Positions 39,457 to 50,817 of a DNA stretch of 64,000 nucleotides are shown here, piece by piece (position 1 is the first letter of the stretch; the number at the start of each line of letters is the position of its first letter). The notes beneath the pieces are model-generated. The model was not told the origin of the DNA. It worked only from the letters and a program-made list of their open reading frames with translations, and did no database searches. The position numbers and the translations under genes are program-made. Origin of the DNA: Candidatus Tepidifontimicrobium thermophilum. GTDB lineage: Bacteria; Sysuimicrobiota; Sysuimicrobiia; Sysuimicrobiales; Sysuimicrobiaceae. Location: assembly GCA_031459915.1 (NCBI GenBank), contig JAVKHO010000002.1, forward strand, positions 23,952 through 87,951. Reading direction: 5' to 3'.

Positions 39457-39983
39457 CGCACCCGCTCCATCAGGGCCTGCGCCAGGTCCACCAGAGCCCG
39501 CGTGACCTCGTCCCGCTCCCACCGGTGGGTGTCCACCACCACGTGGTACGGAGACAGGTCGTCCAGGTCGATGCCGTAGATGGCCCGGTAGCGCCGGCGC
39601 TCGCTGGCCTCCCGCCGCTGCAGCTCCTCCAGCGCGACCTGGAAGTCCACCCCTTCCCGCTGCGCCACCCGCTGGGCCCGGACCTCCAGGGGAGCGCGCA
39701 GCCACACCTTCATGGTGGCGGGAACGAACCAGCCGCTCAGACGGGAGTCCACCACCGCGTTGCCCTCCCGGGCCATCTCCACCTGCAGGCGGTCCAGCTC
39801 CCGGTCGATGGTGTGGTCCTGCTCGGCCATCTCGGAGAAGCGCAGGAGGTTCAGCCCCCGCTCCCGCGCCCACCGGCGCATGACCTCGCCGGCGGACAGG
39901 TACCGCAGTCCCAGCCGCTCGGCGAGGGCCCTGGCCTGTGTGGTCTTGCCGCTGGCGATGAGCCCGCTGACGGTGACGATCAC
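39453..39983 (-). CDS. cmk: archaeal/short-type cytidylate kinase-like P-loop NMP kinase
   Basis: VTVSGLIASGKTT P-loop and overall similarity to archaeal CMP kinases. It occupies the slot where gmk sits in Bacillus. Confidence 0.65.
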   Translation of the reverse strand: MIVTVSGLIASGKTTQARALAERLGLRYLSAGEVMRRWARERGLNLLRFSEMAEQDHTIDRELDRLQVEMAREGNAVVDSRLSGWFVPATMKVWLRAPLEVRAQRVAQREGVDFQVALEELQRREASERRRYRAIYGIDLDDLSPYHVVVDTHRWERDEVTRALVDLAQALMERVR

Positions 39984-40000
39984 CTGCGCCTCCGGGACCG

Positions 40001-40270
40001 CTACGCCTCCTCCGCCTCCTCCGCCGGCTCCCGGGACAGGAAGCGGTGCGCCACGGTCTCCGGTTGCACCGCGGAGAGCACCACGTGGCCGCTGTCGGTG
40101 ATCACCACCGCCCGCGTCCGCCGACCGTACGTGGCGTCGATGAGCGACCCGTTCTCCCGCGCCTCCTGGATGATGCGCTTGATGGGCGCGCTGTCGGGAC
40201 TCACGATGGCCACGATCCGGTGGGCGGCCACCACGTTGCCGAACCCGATGTGGATGAGTCTGGGTTCCAC
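40001..40270 (-). CDS. remA: RemA/DUF370 family regulator
   Basis: [33 protein letters not shown]...[31 protein letters not shown]. Confidence 0.85.
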   Translation of the reverse strand: MEPRLIHIGFGNVVAAHRIVAIVSPDSAPIKRIIQEARENGSLIDATYGRRTRAVVITDSGHVVLSAVQPETVAHRFLSREPAEEAEEA

Positions 40271-40274
40271 GGCC

Positions 40275-41165
40275 TCACTCCACGTTCTGCACCTGCTCCC
40301 GAATCGCCTCCAGCTCCGACTTCATCTCCACCACCGCCCGCGTCACCTCCAGGTCCGCGGCCTTGGACCCCACGGTGTTCACCTCCCGCTGCATCTCCTG
40401 CAGGAGGAACTCCAGCTTGCGGCCCACGGACCCGTCCGGCCCTTCCAGCAGCGCGCGAGCCTCCTCCAGGTGGCTGCGCAGCCGGACCAGCTCCTCCCTC
40501 ACGTCGCACCGGTCCGCGAAGGCCGCCACCTCCAGGGCCAGGCGCGCCTCGTCGGGCGGCTGGTCTACCTCGAGGGAGCGCAGCAGCTCCGCCACCCGCT
40601 GCCGGAGACGCTGCGCGTACGCCCGAGGCAGCTCCTCCGCTCGCTGCGCCACGCGTTCCACCCAGCTCTCCAGCCGGGCGAGCCGCTCCCGCAGGTCCGC
40701 CGCCAGCCGACCGCCCTCCTTCGTCCGCATGTCCACCAGCCGCTCCAGGGCCCGCTGCAGCACCGGATGCAGGGCCTCCCACGTGGCCTCCGGATCCGGG
40801 CGCGCCTCCTCCAAGCGCACCACCTCCGGCAGAGCCAGAAGCGCCCCCAGGGTCACCGGCTCAGCCAGCCCCAGCTCCCGCCGCAACCGCTCCAGGGCGT
40901 CCGCGTACCGCCTGGCCAGCTCCGTGTCCACGACCGCCTCCCGCGGCCGCAGGCCGGAGTCCTCCCGCACCAGCACCTCCACGCGGCCGCGCCGCACGCG
41001 CTCCGCCACCGCGGCACGCACCCGGTCTTCCAGGGCCCCGAGCTCCCGCGGCAGGCGCACCACCACCTCCAGGAACCGGTGGTTGGTGGAGCGCACCTCC
41101 ACCCACCACCGTCCTCCGTCCGCGGAGGGCTCCGCGGCGCCGTACCCCGTCATGCTGCGGACCAC
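40275..41165 (-). CDS. YicC/YloC family stress-induced protein
   Basis: [10 protein letters not shown]-terminus and DUF1732-like C-terminus. GTG start 4 nt after GGAGGAGG. Confidence 0.85.
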   Translation of the reverse strand: MVRSMTGYGAAEPSADGGRWWVEVRSTNHRFLEVVVRLPRELGALEDRVRAAVAERVRRGRVEVLVREDSGLRPREAVVDTELARRYADALERLRRELGLAEPVTLGALLALPEVVRLEEARPDPEATWEALHPVLQRALERLVDMRTKEGGRLAADLRERLARLESWVERVAQRAEELPRAYAQRLRQRVAELLRSLEVDQPPDEARLALEVAAFADRCDVREELVRLRSHLEEARALLEGPDGSVGRKLEFLLQEMQREVNTVGSKAADLEVTRAVVEMKSELEAIREQVQNVE

Positions 41166-41214
41166 CGGGCCTCCTCCGGCGCACCGGCACCGGCACTAGT
41201 ATGATAAGCCCCGG

Positions 41215-42888
41215 ATGCCAAATGCCCCCGCTCCCACCTTCGACAGCGTGGTGCTGGCCGCGGTGGTCCGGGAGGTGCGCCAGTGCCTGCCCCTGCGTGT
41301 GCTGCGGGTCGAACCGGGCGGCCCCCACGACGTGGTCCTGCGCACGGACCGGGAGCCTTTGCTGCTGAGTGCCGACCCCGCGTGGCCGCGGGTCCACTTC
41401 GTCCAGCGCCGCTCCCCTGACGCTGTCTCCGGGAACTTTGCCGACCTGTTGCGCGCCCGCCTGGCAGGCGGCAGGGTGGTGGCGGCGGAGCAGCCTCCCT
41501 TTGAGCGGGTGGTGGACTTCCACGTGCAGGCCGCGGACGGACCCTACCGCCTCGTGGCCGAGCCTATGGGCAAGCACGCCAACCTGGTGTTGGTGCGGGA
41601 GGGCACCGTGGTGGGTGTAGCCCGGCCTGTCCCCCCCGAGCGGTCCCGCGTGCGGCCGCTGCTGCCAGGGCTCCCCTACCGGCCGCCGCCCCCGGACCCG
41701 AGGCCAAAGCCTGGAGAGCTGGACGGTGCCGCCCTCCTCGACTGCTTGCGTCAGGTCCCGCAGCCCCTTTGGCAGGCCCTGCTGCGCTGCGTGGCGGGAG
41801 TCGGGCCGCTTCTGGCCTACGAGCTGGCCTGGCGCACCGGAGACCCAGAGGTCACTGCCTGCGAGCCCGCGCGAGCCTGCGCCCTGGCCGAGTTGCTGGA
41901 GGAGCTCCGGGACCGCGTCGCCTCAGGCCGTTTCGACCCGCACCTGTACGGCCCCGACCCCGCGCCCGTCGCGTTTGCCCCCTTCGCCTACGGCTGCCTG
42001 GAGGACCTGCCGGCCCACAGGGTCCGCATGAGCGAGGCGCTGGAGCGGGCGGTGGACGTCCGGGCCCGGACAGCACGCCTGGAGGCGCACCGGCAGGCGC
42101 TGCTGTCGCGCATCCGCGCGCTGGCGGAGCGCAGGACCGCGGCCCTGCAGCAGGTGCGGCTGGACCTGGAGGAGGCCCAGAACGCCGACCGGCTGCGGGA
42201 ATGGGGAACGTTGCTCCTGGCCTACAGCGCCCAGGTCCCAAAGGGCGCCAGCTCCGTGCGACTCCCCGGCTACCAGGGCGAGCCGGTGGACATCCCCCTA
42301 AACCCCGCCCAAACCGCGGTGGAGAACGCGCAGGAGTACTTCCGCCGGCACGCAAAACTGCGGGCCGCGCTCCGCGCCCTCCCACAGCGAGCTTTGGCCC
42401 TCGCACAGGAGGTGGACTTCCTCGACGGCCTGCGGGTGCACGCGGAGTGTGCTACCACCCACGAGGAGCTGGAGGAGGTGGCCGCAGAGCTGCCGGGCGC
42501 GCGGCCCCGCCGCGGACGGCCAGGCCGCTCTGCCCCCCGCGCGTTCACCGTGGACGGCTTCCAGGTCCTGGTGGGACGGTCGAACCGAGACAACGACCGG
42601 GTGACCTTCCAGCTGGCCGGCCCCCGGGACCTGTGGTTCCACGCCCGAGGCGTCCCGGGCGCCCACGTGGTGTTGAAGACGGGAGGCCGCGTGCCCGCGG
42701 AGGACACCCTGCGCCGCGTGGCCGCGGTGGCCGCGTACTACAGCGGCGCCCGTACCTCGCCCGCGGTAGACGTGGACTACACGGAGCGGCGGTTCGTGCG
42801 GCGCGTCCCCGGCGGCCCGCCGGGCCGCGTCACCTACCGGGAGGAGCGGACCCTGCGGGTCAGCCCCTCACCCCCGGAGGGCGCGTGA
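41215..42888 (+). CDS. rqcH: NFACT-family ribosome quality control protein RqcH (FbpA/YloA-like)
   Basis: NFACT-N, coiled-coil and NFACT-R (DLWFHARGVPGAHVVL) architecture. One of only two confident plus-strand genes. Confidence 0.85.
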   Translation: MPNAPAPTFDSVVLAAVVREVRQCLPLRVLRVEPGGPHDVVLRTDREPLLLSADPAWPRVHFVQRRSPDAVSGNFADLLRARLAGGRVVAAEQPPFERVVDFHVQAADGPYRLVAEPMGKHANLVLVREGTVVGVARPVPPERSRVRPLLPGLPYRPPPPDPRPKPGELDGAALLDCLRQVPQPLWQALLRCVAGVGPLLAYELAWRTGDPEVTACEPARACALAELLEELRDRVASGRFDPHLYGPDPAPVAFAPFAYGCLEDLPAHRVRMSEALERAVDVRARTARLEAHRQALLSRIRALAERRTAALQQVRLDLEEAQNADRLREWGTLLLAYSAQVPKGASSVRLPGYQGEPVDIPLNPAQTAVENAQEYFRRHAKLRAALRALPQRALALAQEVDFLDGLRVHAECATTHEELEEVAAELPGARPRRGRPGRSAPRAFTVDGFQVLVGRSNRDNDRVTFQLAGPRDLWFHARGVPGAHVVLKTGGRVPAEDTLRRVAAVAAYYSGARTSPAVDVDYTERRFVRRVPGGPPGRVTYREERTLRVSPSPPEGA

Positions 42889-42895
42889 CACAGGG

Positions 42896-44412
<1,517 letters not shown>

Positions 44413-45157
44413 GGGCCCTTCCCAACGCCCACAGGCCTGCCCCCGCGGCTGCCGCCACCACCCCGGCGCTCAACTGGCCGAGGGTCAACGGACCCACCAC
44501 TGCGGACGTGGCGTTGGGGTCCACGAACAGGTCCGCGGCGGTCCGGGCGGTCCCGTGGAGCACCAGGTAGGTCAGGGTCAGCTGGCCGGGCAGGTGTTCC
44601 ACGCGGGCCATGGCCTCCAGGACCCGGTAGGCCCCCACCGACGCCAGCGCCAGGTACGCCGCAACAGGGTGGCGCAGCGCTCCAGCCACGTCCACGGCCC
44701 ACGGCAGGTCCGTGGGCCGTCCCAGGAAGAGCCCGCCCCACAGAGCCCCGAGTACGCCCAAGGCGTAGCCAGCTGCCGCCGGTGCCGCCACCGCGTCCAG
44801 GACCGCCACCCAACGGTCCGGGCGCAGCGTCCGGCAGGCCACCACGCACGCCGCCACGCCCCCGTAGAAGGCCAGCCCTCCGTCCTGCCAGATGAGGACC
44901 GCTCGCAGGGGATCCGCCAGGTAAGCTCCCGCGTGCGCCAGGACGTGGCCCAAACGAGCTCCCACCAGCCCCGCCAGCAGCAGGTACAGGCCGAGGTCCA
45001 ACGCCTCGGCCTGCGTCAGGCCCGCCCGCCCCGCACTGCGGACGAGCCGAAGCAGCCCGGCACCGAAGCCAGCCAGCAGGAACAGCCCGTAGACGGAGAC
45101 GCCCACGCCTCCGATCCGGAACAGGGTGCCCTCCACCGTCCGCCGTGCCCCCCCTGA

Positions 45158-45691
45158 CTACACGGGCCTTCCGGCCCGCACGCTGCCCAGGGCCAGCAAC
45201 ACCCCCCCGACCACGATGCAGGCGTCTGCCACGTTGAAGATCGGCCAGTACGGCAGCTGCACGAAGTCCACCACGTAGCCGTACCGCACCCGATCCACCA
45301 GATTCCCCGCGGCGCCCCCCAGCACCATCCCCATACCGGCCCGGATGAGCGGGGAGTCGTGCCACCGGTGCCGGTGGTGCAGGACCAGCCAGACTGCCGC
45401 TAGGACCGCCGCCACGCCCACCCACTCGCTGGCGCCGCTGAGCAGGCCGAAGGCGATCCCAGTATTGCGCCACAGCGTGAGCCTCAGGAGGGGAGCGAGC
45501 AACGGCACGGACTCACCGAACTGCAGCCGGCTCAGGACCGCGGCCTTAGAAGCCTGGTCCACCGCCGCCACCAGCAGGGCCGTCCCCACGAACTCTGGAC
45601 GCAGGCCCCGCGGGACCTCCCAGGTCAGCTGGACCAGCCGTTGCCGGAACCGCTCTCGCGCTCCTGCTCGGCCTTGCACCGGATGCATAGG
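45158..45691 (-). CDS. lspA: lipoprotein signal peptidase II
   Basis: LWRNTGIAFG and FNVADACIVVG motifs. Start is uncertain; the track ORF extends to 45742. Confidence 0.85.
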   Translation of the reverse strand, partial: PMHPVQGRAGARERFRQRLVQLTWEVPRGLRPEFVGTALLVAAVDQASKAAVLSRLQFGESVPLLAPLLRLTLWRNTGIAFGLLSGASEWVGVAAVLAAVWLVLHHRHRWHDSPLIRAGMGMVLGGAAGNLVDRVRYGYVVDFVQLPYWPIFNVADACIVVGGVLLALGSVRAGRPV

Positions 45692-46332
45692 CTCGCGAAG
45701 GGAAGGGCCCGCAGACGCTCCACGTCGATAGGCCCTCCGCACCTCTCACACGTGCCGTAGGTGCCCGCCTCCAGCTTGCGGAGGGCATCCTCCACCATGC
45801 GCAGCATGCCCTGGACGGAGGTCTCCAGGGCGAAGCCCTTCTCCCGCTCGAACGCCTCCGAGGCCACGTCCCCGTAGTCGTCCTCGTTGGCGGCTTCCAC
45901 CAGGCCGATCTCCTCCACCTGCTGTAGGCGCTCCCCGAGGGTCGCGAGCTCCTGCAGCAGCCGCTCCCGCTCCGCCAGCAGCAGCCGTCGGAACTCGGGG
46001 TAGTCCGCCTGCGTCACGGGCTGCACCTGCCCGCCCACCGGGCCTGCCACCGGACCGGGCCTCGGTGTGGACCGGGCTGCCGTGGGCGAGGGCAGGTCCA
46101 CGCGCGGCGGCCGCAGGAGCACCGACCCGGCAGGCGCCCCGCTTGAGGACCGGCTGAAGGAGGTGACCTGGGCAGGTGCCCGCTGAGTCCCGGAAGTTCG
46201 CTTGGCCTCCCCCTGGCTTCGCGAGGCCGCGGTGCTGCGCTTGCGCGCCGGCTTTGCCGGCTTCGGGGGAGCAGGCTTTCGCGCCCGCTTCCTCTCCGTC
46301 TTCCTAGCCTCGGACACCTTCTTCTTGGCCAT
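45625..46332 (-). CDS. DksA/TraR-family C4 zinc-finger protein with Lys/Ala/Pro-rich N-terminal tail (YlyA position)
   Basis: C-terminal CERCGGPIDVERLRALPFASLCIRCK. N-terminal MAKKKVSEARKTERKRARKPAPPKPAKPARK is histone H1-like. Placed at the ATG at 46332; the track ORF from 46365 begins with a further N-terminal extension that was not used. Confidence 0.75.
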   Translation of the reverse strand: MAKKKVSEARKTERKRARKPAPPKPAKPARKRSTAASRSQGEAKRTSGTQRAPAQVTSFSRSSSGAPAGSVLLRPPRVDLPSPTAARSTPRPGPVAGPVGGQVQPVTQADYPEFRRLLLAERERLLQELATLGERLQQVEEIGLVEAANEDDYGDVASEAFEREKGFALETSVQGMLRMVEDALRKLEAGTYGTCERCGGPIDVERLRALPFASLCIRCKAEQERESGSGNGWSS

Positions 46333-46459
46333 CCTCGCCCCCAGCTCGGAACTAGCTGGCCCCACCGGCCGCTGCGTACGTCCCGGCCGGCACGCCAGGG
46401 TGTTGACCCGACGCGCCCAGCCCCTGGAGCCCTAGTCCCGTCTTCGTCCCTTGGCTTGC

Positions 46460-47188
46460 TTAGTCGCCGAACGCCGCCGCCGCCGCCCCCATTCCCGCCG
46501 TCCGCTCCTCCCGCAGGGCCTCCTCCACTGCGGCCTCCGCCAGCAACGCGGTGGAGTCCAGCACGGGGACCGGCCACTCCTGCGGGTCCACCACTAAGGG
46601 GATCTCCGTGCAGCCCAGGACCAGGGCCTGCGCGCCTTCAGCCAGCAGCTCCCGGGCCGCTTCCCTTACCCATCCGCGCACCTCCGATCCCAGGTCGCCT
46701 GCCTTGACCGCGAAGATGGCCCGGTCTACCAGCTCCTGCGCCCTGGGGGACGCCAACACAACCCGGCAGCCGCGCCGCTCCAGGGCCTTCTGGTACAGGC
46801 CTGCGGCCACAGTGGCCCGGGTCGCGAGCAGCCCCACGGCAGAGAAGCCCTCCGCCCGCCGCGCCACCGCCTCGGTGATGTCGAGCACCGGGATGCGGAC
46901 CGCGCCGCGGATCGCCTCGAGGAAGTGGTGTGCGGTGTTGCAGGGGATGACCAGGAAGTCCGCGCCCGCCCGCTCCAGGTTCCGGGCGGTGGCCACCAGG
47001 GCCGGGGTGGGATCCTCTCCCCCCTCCAGGATGCACCGCGACCGGTCCGGGATCTGCGGGTTGCTGTCGATGATCACCCTCAGGTGATCCTGATCCCGCG
47101 CTGCGGGGGTGCGATCGATGAGCTTCTGGAAGAAGTCTGCGGTGGCCCGCGGCCCCATGCCGCCGAGGACCCCCACCGTGCGCGCCAT
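46460..47188 (-). CDS. Asp/Glu/hydantoin racemase family protein (RacX/YgeA-like)
   Basis: VGVLGGMGPRATADF... Confidence 0.8.
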   Translation of the reverse strand: MARTVGVLGGMGPRATADFFQKLIDRTPAARDQDHLRVIIDSNPQIPDRSRCILEGGEDPTPALVATARNLERAGADFLVIPCNTAHHFLEAIRGAVRIPVLDITEAVARRAEGFSAVGLLATRATVAAGLYQKALERRGCRVVLASPRAQELVDRAIFAVKAGDLGSEVRGWVREAARELLAEGAQALVLGCTEIPLVVDPQEWPVPVLDSTALLAEAAVEEALREERTAGMGAAAAAFGD

Positions 47189-47295
47189 CCGTCCCTCCCG
47201 ACCGGTGCTGGCCGTCTGCGGGCTGCCGGAGGCACCCGCCGGCCCTGGCGCTTCATCTTAGCACAAACCTGCAAGCCGGCCCCAGGGGTGTGCCG

Positions 47296-50200
47296 TCACG
47301 GCAGCGGCTGCAGCACCAGCGTCACGGGCTCGCCGAGGATCGACACCTCCCTGCGGAATCCCTCCAACTCACGCGCCAGCTCCACGCGGTCCGCCAGCAC
47401 CTCCTCCGCCACCGCCGCGCGGTGCTCCCTCACCGCCTCCACCACCTCCGCCGGCCCGGCCACCGAAAGCACGATCCGCTGGTCCACCCGGAGTTCCGCC
47501 TCCCGCCGCGCCTGCTGCACGTGGTGCACCAGCTCCCGCACCAGCCCTTCCCGCCGCAGCTCCGGGGTGATGCGGGTATCCAGCACCACCACGAACCCTC
47601 GCCCCGCCTCGGCCACGAATCCCTCCCGCTGCCGGACGCGCACGTCCAGCTCCTCCGGACCCAGCTCCACCCGCTCGCCTGCCAGCTCCACCACCGCCCG
47701 GCCCTCCAAGGCGACCCGTCGCGCCTCCGCGGGGCTGAGGCGATCCAAAGCCGCGGCGAGCTCCTGGACCTTGGGCCCGTACCGGGGCCCCAGCACGTCG
47801 AACCGCGGCCTGACCTCGTACTCCACCCGTGCGCTGTCCTGCCCGACCAGCTCCACCCGCTTGCAGTTGAGCTCCTCGGACACGTACTCCACCAGCTCAG
47901 GGTACCGGTGCAGGAGGGACTGGGGGGCCACCACCACCGCCGAAGCGAGCGGCTGGCGGACCCGGATGCGGGCCCGGGACCGCGCCGCGCGGCCCAGGCT
48001 CGCCACCCACCGCGCCTCCTCCATGGCCCGTTCCAGCTCGACGTCCCGATCCTGCTCCCTGGCCTGTGGCCAGTCCGTGAGGTGCACGCTCACCGGCGCG
48101 CCGTCGTCCACCGCCCGAACGAGCCCCTGGTACAGCTCCTCGGACAGGAAGGGGGCCAGCGGAGCCATGACCTTGGCGGTGGTGACCAGGGCTTCGTACA
48201 GGGTGTGGTACGCGCTGCGCTGGTCCTGCACGTCCCTGGCCTTCCAGTACCGACGCCGTCCCCGACGCACGTACCAGGTGGACAGGTCCTCCACGAACCG
48301 CTCCACCGCGCGGGCCGCGTCGGTGGGGTTATACGCCTCCATGGCCTCGGTGGCTTCCGCCACCAGCCCGGCCAGCCGCGACAGCAGCCAGCGGTCCAGG
48401 GCAGGTCGCTCGTTGACGGTCGGCGCGGGCCACCGCAGGGGGTCGAAGCGGTCCAGGCTGGCGTAGGTCGTGAAGAACACGTACGTGTTCCACAGGGTGA
48501 GGAAGAACCGCCGGACGACTTCCTCCACCGCGGCAGGGCCGAGCCGTTTGGGCATCCCCGGGGGGCTGACGGAGAAGAAGAACCACCGCAGGGCGTCCGC
48601 GCCGAACCGCTGGATGAGGCTCCACGGGTCCAGTACGTTCCCCCGGCTCTTGCTCATCTTCTCCCCGTGCTCGTCCAGCACCAGCTCCAGGCACACGCAG
48701 TTCCGGTACGCCGGCCGGTCGAACAGCAGCACGGAGATGGCGTGGAGGCTGTAGAACCACCCCCGGGTCTGGTCGATCCCCTCGCAGATGTAGTCCGCGG
48801 GGAAGGAGCGCTCGAACCACTCCTGGTTCTCGAAGGGGTAGTGCCACTGGGCCACGGGCATGGCCCCCGAATCGAACCACACGTCGATGAGGTCGGGGAC
48901 CCGGCGCAGGATCCCGCCACACCGCGGACAGCGCAGCCGGACTCCGTCCACGTACGGCCGGTGCAGGTCCAGGGGCTGCGGCAGCGGCTCCGCGGCCATC
49001 TCCCGGAGCTCCGCAAGGCTGCCCACGCAGTGCTGGAGCCCGCACGCCTCGCACACCCAGATCGGGAGGGGCGTGCCCCAGTACCGCTCCCGGGACAGGG
49101 CCCAGTCCACCACGTTCTCCAGCCAGTTCCCGAACCGGCCGCGCTGGATGTGCTCGGGCACCCACCGGATCTGCTCGTTCGCCCGCAGGAGCTGCTCCTT
49201 ACACCGGGTGACCGCCACGTGCCAGCTGGTGCGGGCGTAGTACAGGAGGGGGCTATCGCAGCGCCAGCAGAAGGGGTAGGTGTGACGGTAGGTGCCCGCG
49301 CGGTACAGCAGGCCCCGCTGGCGCAGGTCCTCCACGATCTCCGGGTCCGCGTCCTTCACGAACCGCCCCGCCCACGGGGGGACCTCCTCCGTGTACCGGC
49401 CGTCGGGGCCCACCGGGTGGAACACCGGGAGGCCGTGCCGCCGCGCCAGCTCCATGTCCTCCTCCCCGTAGGCCGGCGCCATGTGCACCACCCCGGTCCC
49501 CTCCTCGGTGGTGACGAACTCTGCGGCCCACACCCGCCACAACCGGTCGCCCTCTGGGTAGAAGCGGAAAAGGGGCTCGTACTTCAGGCCCACCAGGGAC
49601 TCCCCGCGGACCTCCTCCAGGACCTCGTAGGAGCCTTGCAGCACGGCGTCCGCCAGGTCTTTCGCCACCACCAACACCTCGTCTCCCTGGCGGGCCTTCA
49701 CGTAGGCGACCTGCGGGTGCACCGCGCACGCCACGTTGGCGGGCAGCGTCCAGGGCGTGGTGGTCCACACCAGCAGCGACGTCCCGGGCTGCTCGGTCAG
49801 CCGGAGCCGCACGATCACCGAGGGGTCGTCCGTCTCCCGGTAGCCCAAAGCCACCTCGTGGCTGCTGAGCGGGGTCCCGCAACGGGGGCAGTAGGGCACC
49901 ACCTTGTAACCCTGGTAGAGCAGCCCGCGGTCCCAGAGCTGCCGGAGGATCCACCACACGGACTCGATGTACTCGTTGGAGTACGTCACGTAGGGGTGCT
50001 CGTAGTCCAGCCAGAAGCCGATGCGCTCGCTCAGGCGCACCCACTCCCGCTCGTAGCGGAACACGGACTCCTTACAGCGGCGGTTGAATTCCGCAACCCC
50101 GTAGGCCTCGATCTCCCGTTTGCTGTTGATCCCGAGCTCCTTCTCCACCTCGATCTCCACGGGCAGGCCGTGGGTGTCCCAACCCGCCTTGCGGGGGACA

Positions 50201-50436
50201 AAGTAGCCGCGCATGGTGCGGTAGCGCGGGATGGCGTCCTTGTAGGCCCGGGCCAGGACGTGGTGCACGCCCGGCAGCCCGTTGGCCGTGGGCGGCCCCT
50301 CGTAGAAGGTGAACTGCGGGCAGCCCTGCCGCGCTTCCAGGGTCTTGCGGAAGACGTCCTGCTCGGCCCAGAAGCCCAAGATCCGCTCTTCCAGCTCCGG
50401 GAAGTTCACCCGGGGCGAAGCTGGTGAAAATCCCAT
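47296..50436 (-). CDS. ileS: isoleucine--tRNA ligase, type 2 (long form)
   Basis: PPTANGLPGVHH (HIGH region) and GEKMSKSRGN motifs in a 1046-aa protein. Confidence 0.95.
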   Translation of the reverse strand: MGFSPASPRVNFPELEERILGFWAEQDVFRKTLEARQGCPQFTFYEGPPTANGLPGVHHVLARAYKDAIPRYRTMRGYFVPRKAGWDTHGLPVEIEVEKELGINSKREIEAYGVAEFNRRCKESVFRYEREWVRLSERIGFWLDYEHPYVTYSNEYIESVWWILRQLWDRGLLYQGYKVVPYCPRCGTPLSSHEVALGYRETDDPSVIVRLRLTEQPGTSLLVWTTTPWTLPANVACAVHPQVAYVKARQGDEVLVVAKDLADAVLQGSYEVLEEVRGESLVGLKYEPLFRFYPEGDRLWRVWAAEFVTTEEGTGVVHMAPAYGEEDMELARRHGLPVFHPVGPDGRYTEEVPPWAGRFVKDADPEIVEDLRQRGLLYRAGTYRHTYPFCWRCDSPLLYYARTSWHVAVTRCKEQLLRANEQIRWVPEHIQRGRFGNWLENVVDWALSRERYWGTPLPIWVCEACGLQHCVGSLAELREMAAEPLPQPLDLHRPYVDGVRLRCPRCGGILRRVPDLIDVWFDSGAMPVAQWHYPFENQEWFERSFPADYICEGIDQTRGWFYSLHAISVLLFDRPAYRNCVCLELVLDEHGEKMSKSRGNVLDPWSLIQRFGADALRWFFFSVSPPGMPKRLGPAAVEEVVRRFFLTLWNTYVFFTTYASLDRFDPLRWPAPTVNERPALDRWLLSRLAGLVAEATEAMEAYNPTDAARAVERFVEDLSTWYVRRGRRRYWKARDVQDQRSAYHTLYEALVTTAKVMAPLAPFLSEELYQGLVRAVDDGAPVSVHLTDWPQAREQDRDVELERAMEEARWVASLGRAARSRARIRVRQPLASAVVVAPQSLLHRYPELVEYVSEELNCKRVELVGQDSARVEYEVRPRFDVLGPRYGPKVQELAAALDRLSPAEARRVALEGRAVVELAGERVELGPEELDVRVRQREGFVAEAGRGFVVVLDTRITPELRREGLVRELVHHVQQARREAELRVDQRIVLSVAGPAEVVEAVREHRAAVAEEVLADRVELARELEGFRREVSILGEPVTLVLQPLP

Positions 50437-50439
50437 CCC

Positions 50440-50700
50440 GTCCTCCTGGAAAAGCCGAGGCCCGTCCCACCGGGACGGGCCTCGGCCCGCGGTACCACCC
50501 CGCTTCAGGCAAGCGCGCCTGCCCTCTGCCGGAACGGGAGGCGTCCGTCGCCTCCGATTCCGCCCTCCGGGTCACGGTGGAGGCTCCGTCCTCGGCTACT
50601 CCTTGGCGTTTCGCCGGGAAGCTCCGGGGCGATGTTCACGCCGCGCGACCCACCGCCTCCCACCACCGCGGCTCGCTTCGGGACCCGCCCGCGGCGCTAC
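50440..50700 (-). promoter_or_regulatory. T-box riboswitch leader of ileS (Ile specifier inferred)
   Basis: T-box sequence GGGTGGTACCGCGG at 50500..50487 overlaps the 5' arm of the terminator. Candidate specifier AAC-AUC-G at 50643..50641. Confidence 0.8.
50450..50486 (-). terminator. T-box terminator hairpin GCCGAGGCCCGTCCC-GGTG-GGACGGGCCTCGGC plus UUUU
   Basis: Perfect 15-bp stem followed by TTTT, then the AGGAGGA SD and ATG. Confidence 0.7.
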
Positions 50701-50736
50701 TGGTCCCCTTCGTCGCCTGTGTGGCGATTGTAGCTT

Positions 50737-50767
50737 GCTGGGCCGACGCCCGGTCAAGGACCAGCAG
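50737..50767 (-). promoter_or_regulatory. candidate ileS leader promoter TTGACC-19-TACAAT
   Basis: -35 at 50767..50762 and -10 at 50742..50737. Confidence 0.4.
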
Positions 50768-50817
50768 GAACCCGACACCGCGGTTGCGTATTTGGTGGGC
50801 GATCCACAGGAGGTCTC

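Noticed and set aside
47189-47295. Possible promoter (TTGCAG ... TAAGAT) and hairpin after the ileS stop.
   Set aside because: The -35/-10 spacing is only 8 nt and the putative stem is not self-complementary. No terminator is evident, so read-through into the racemase gene is likely.
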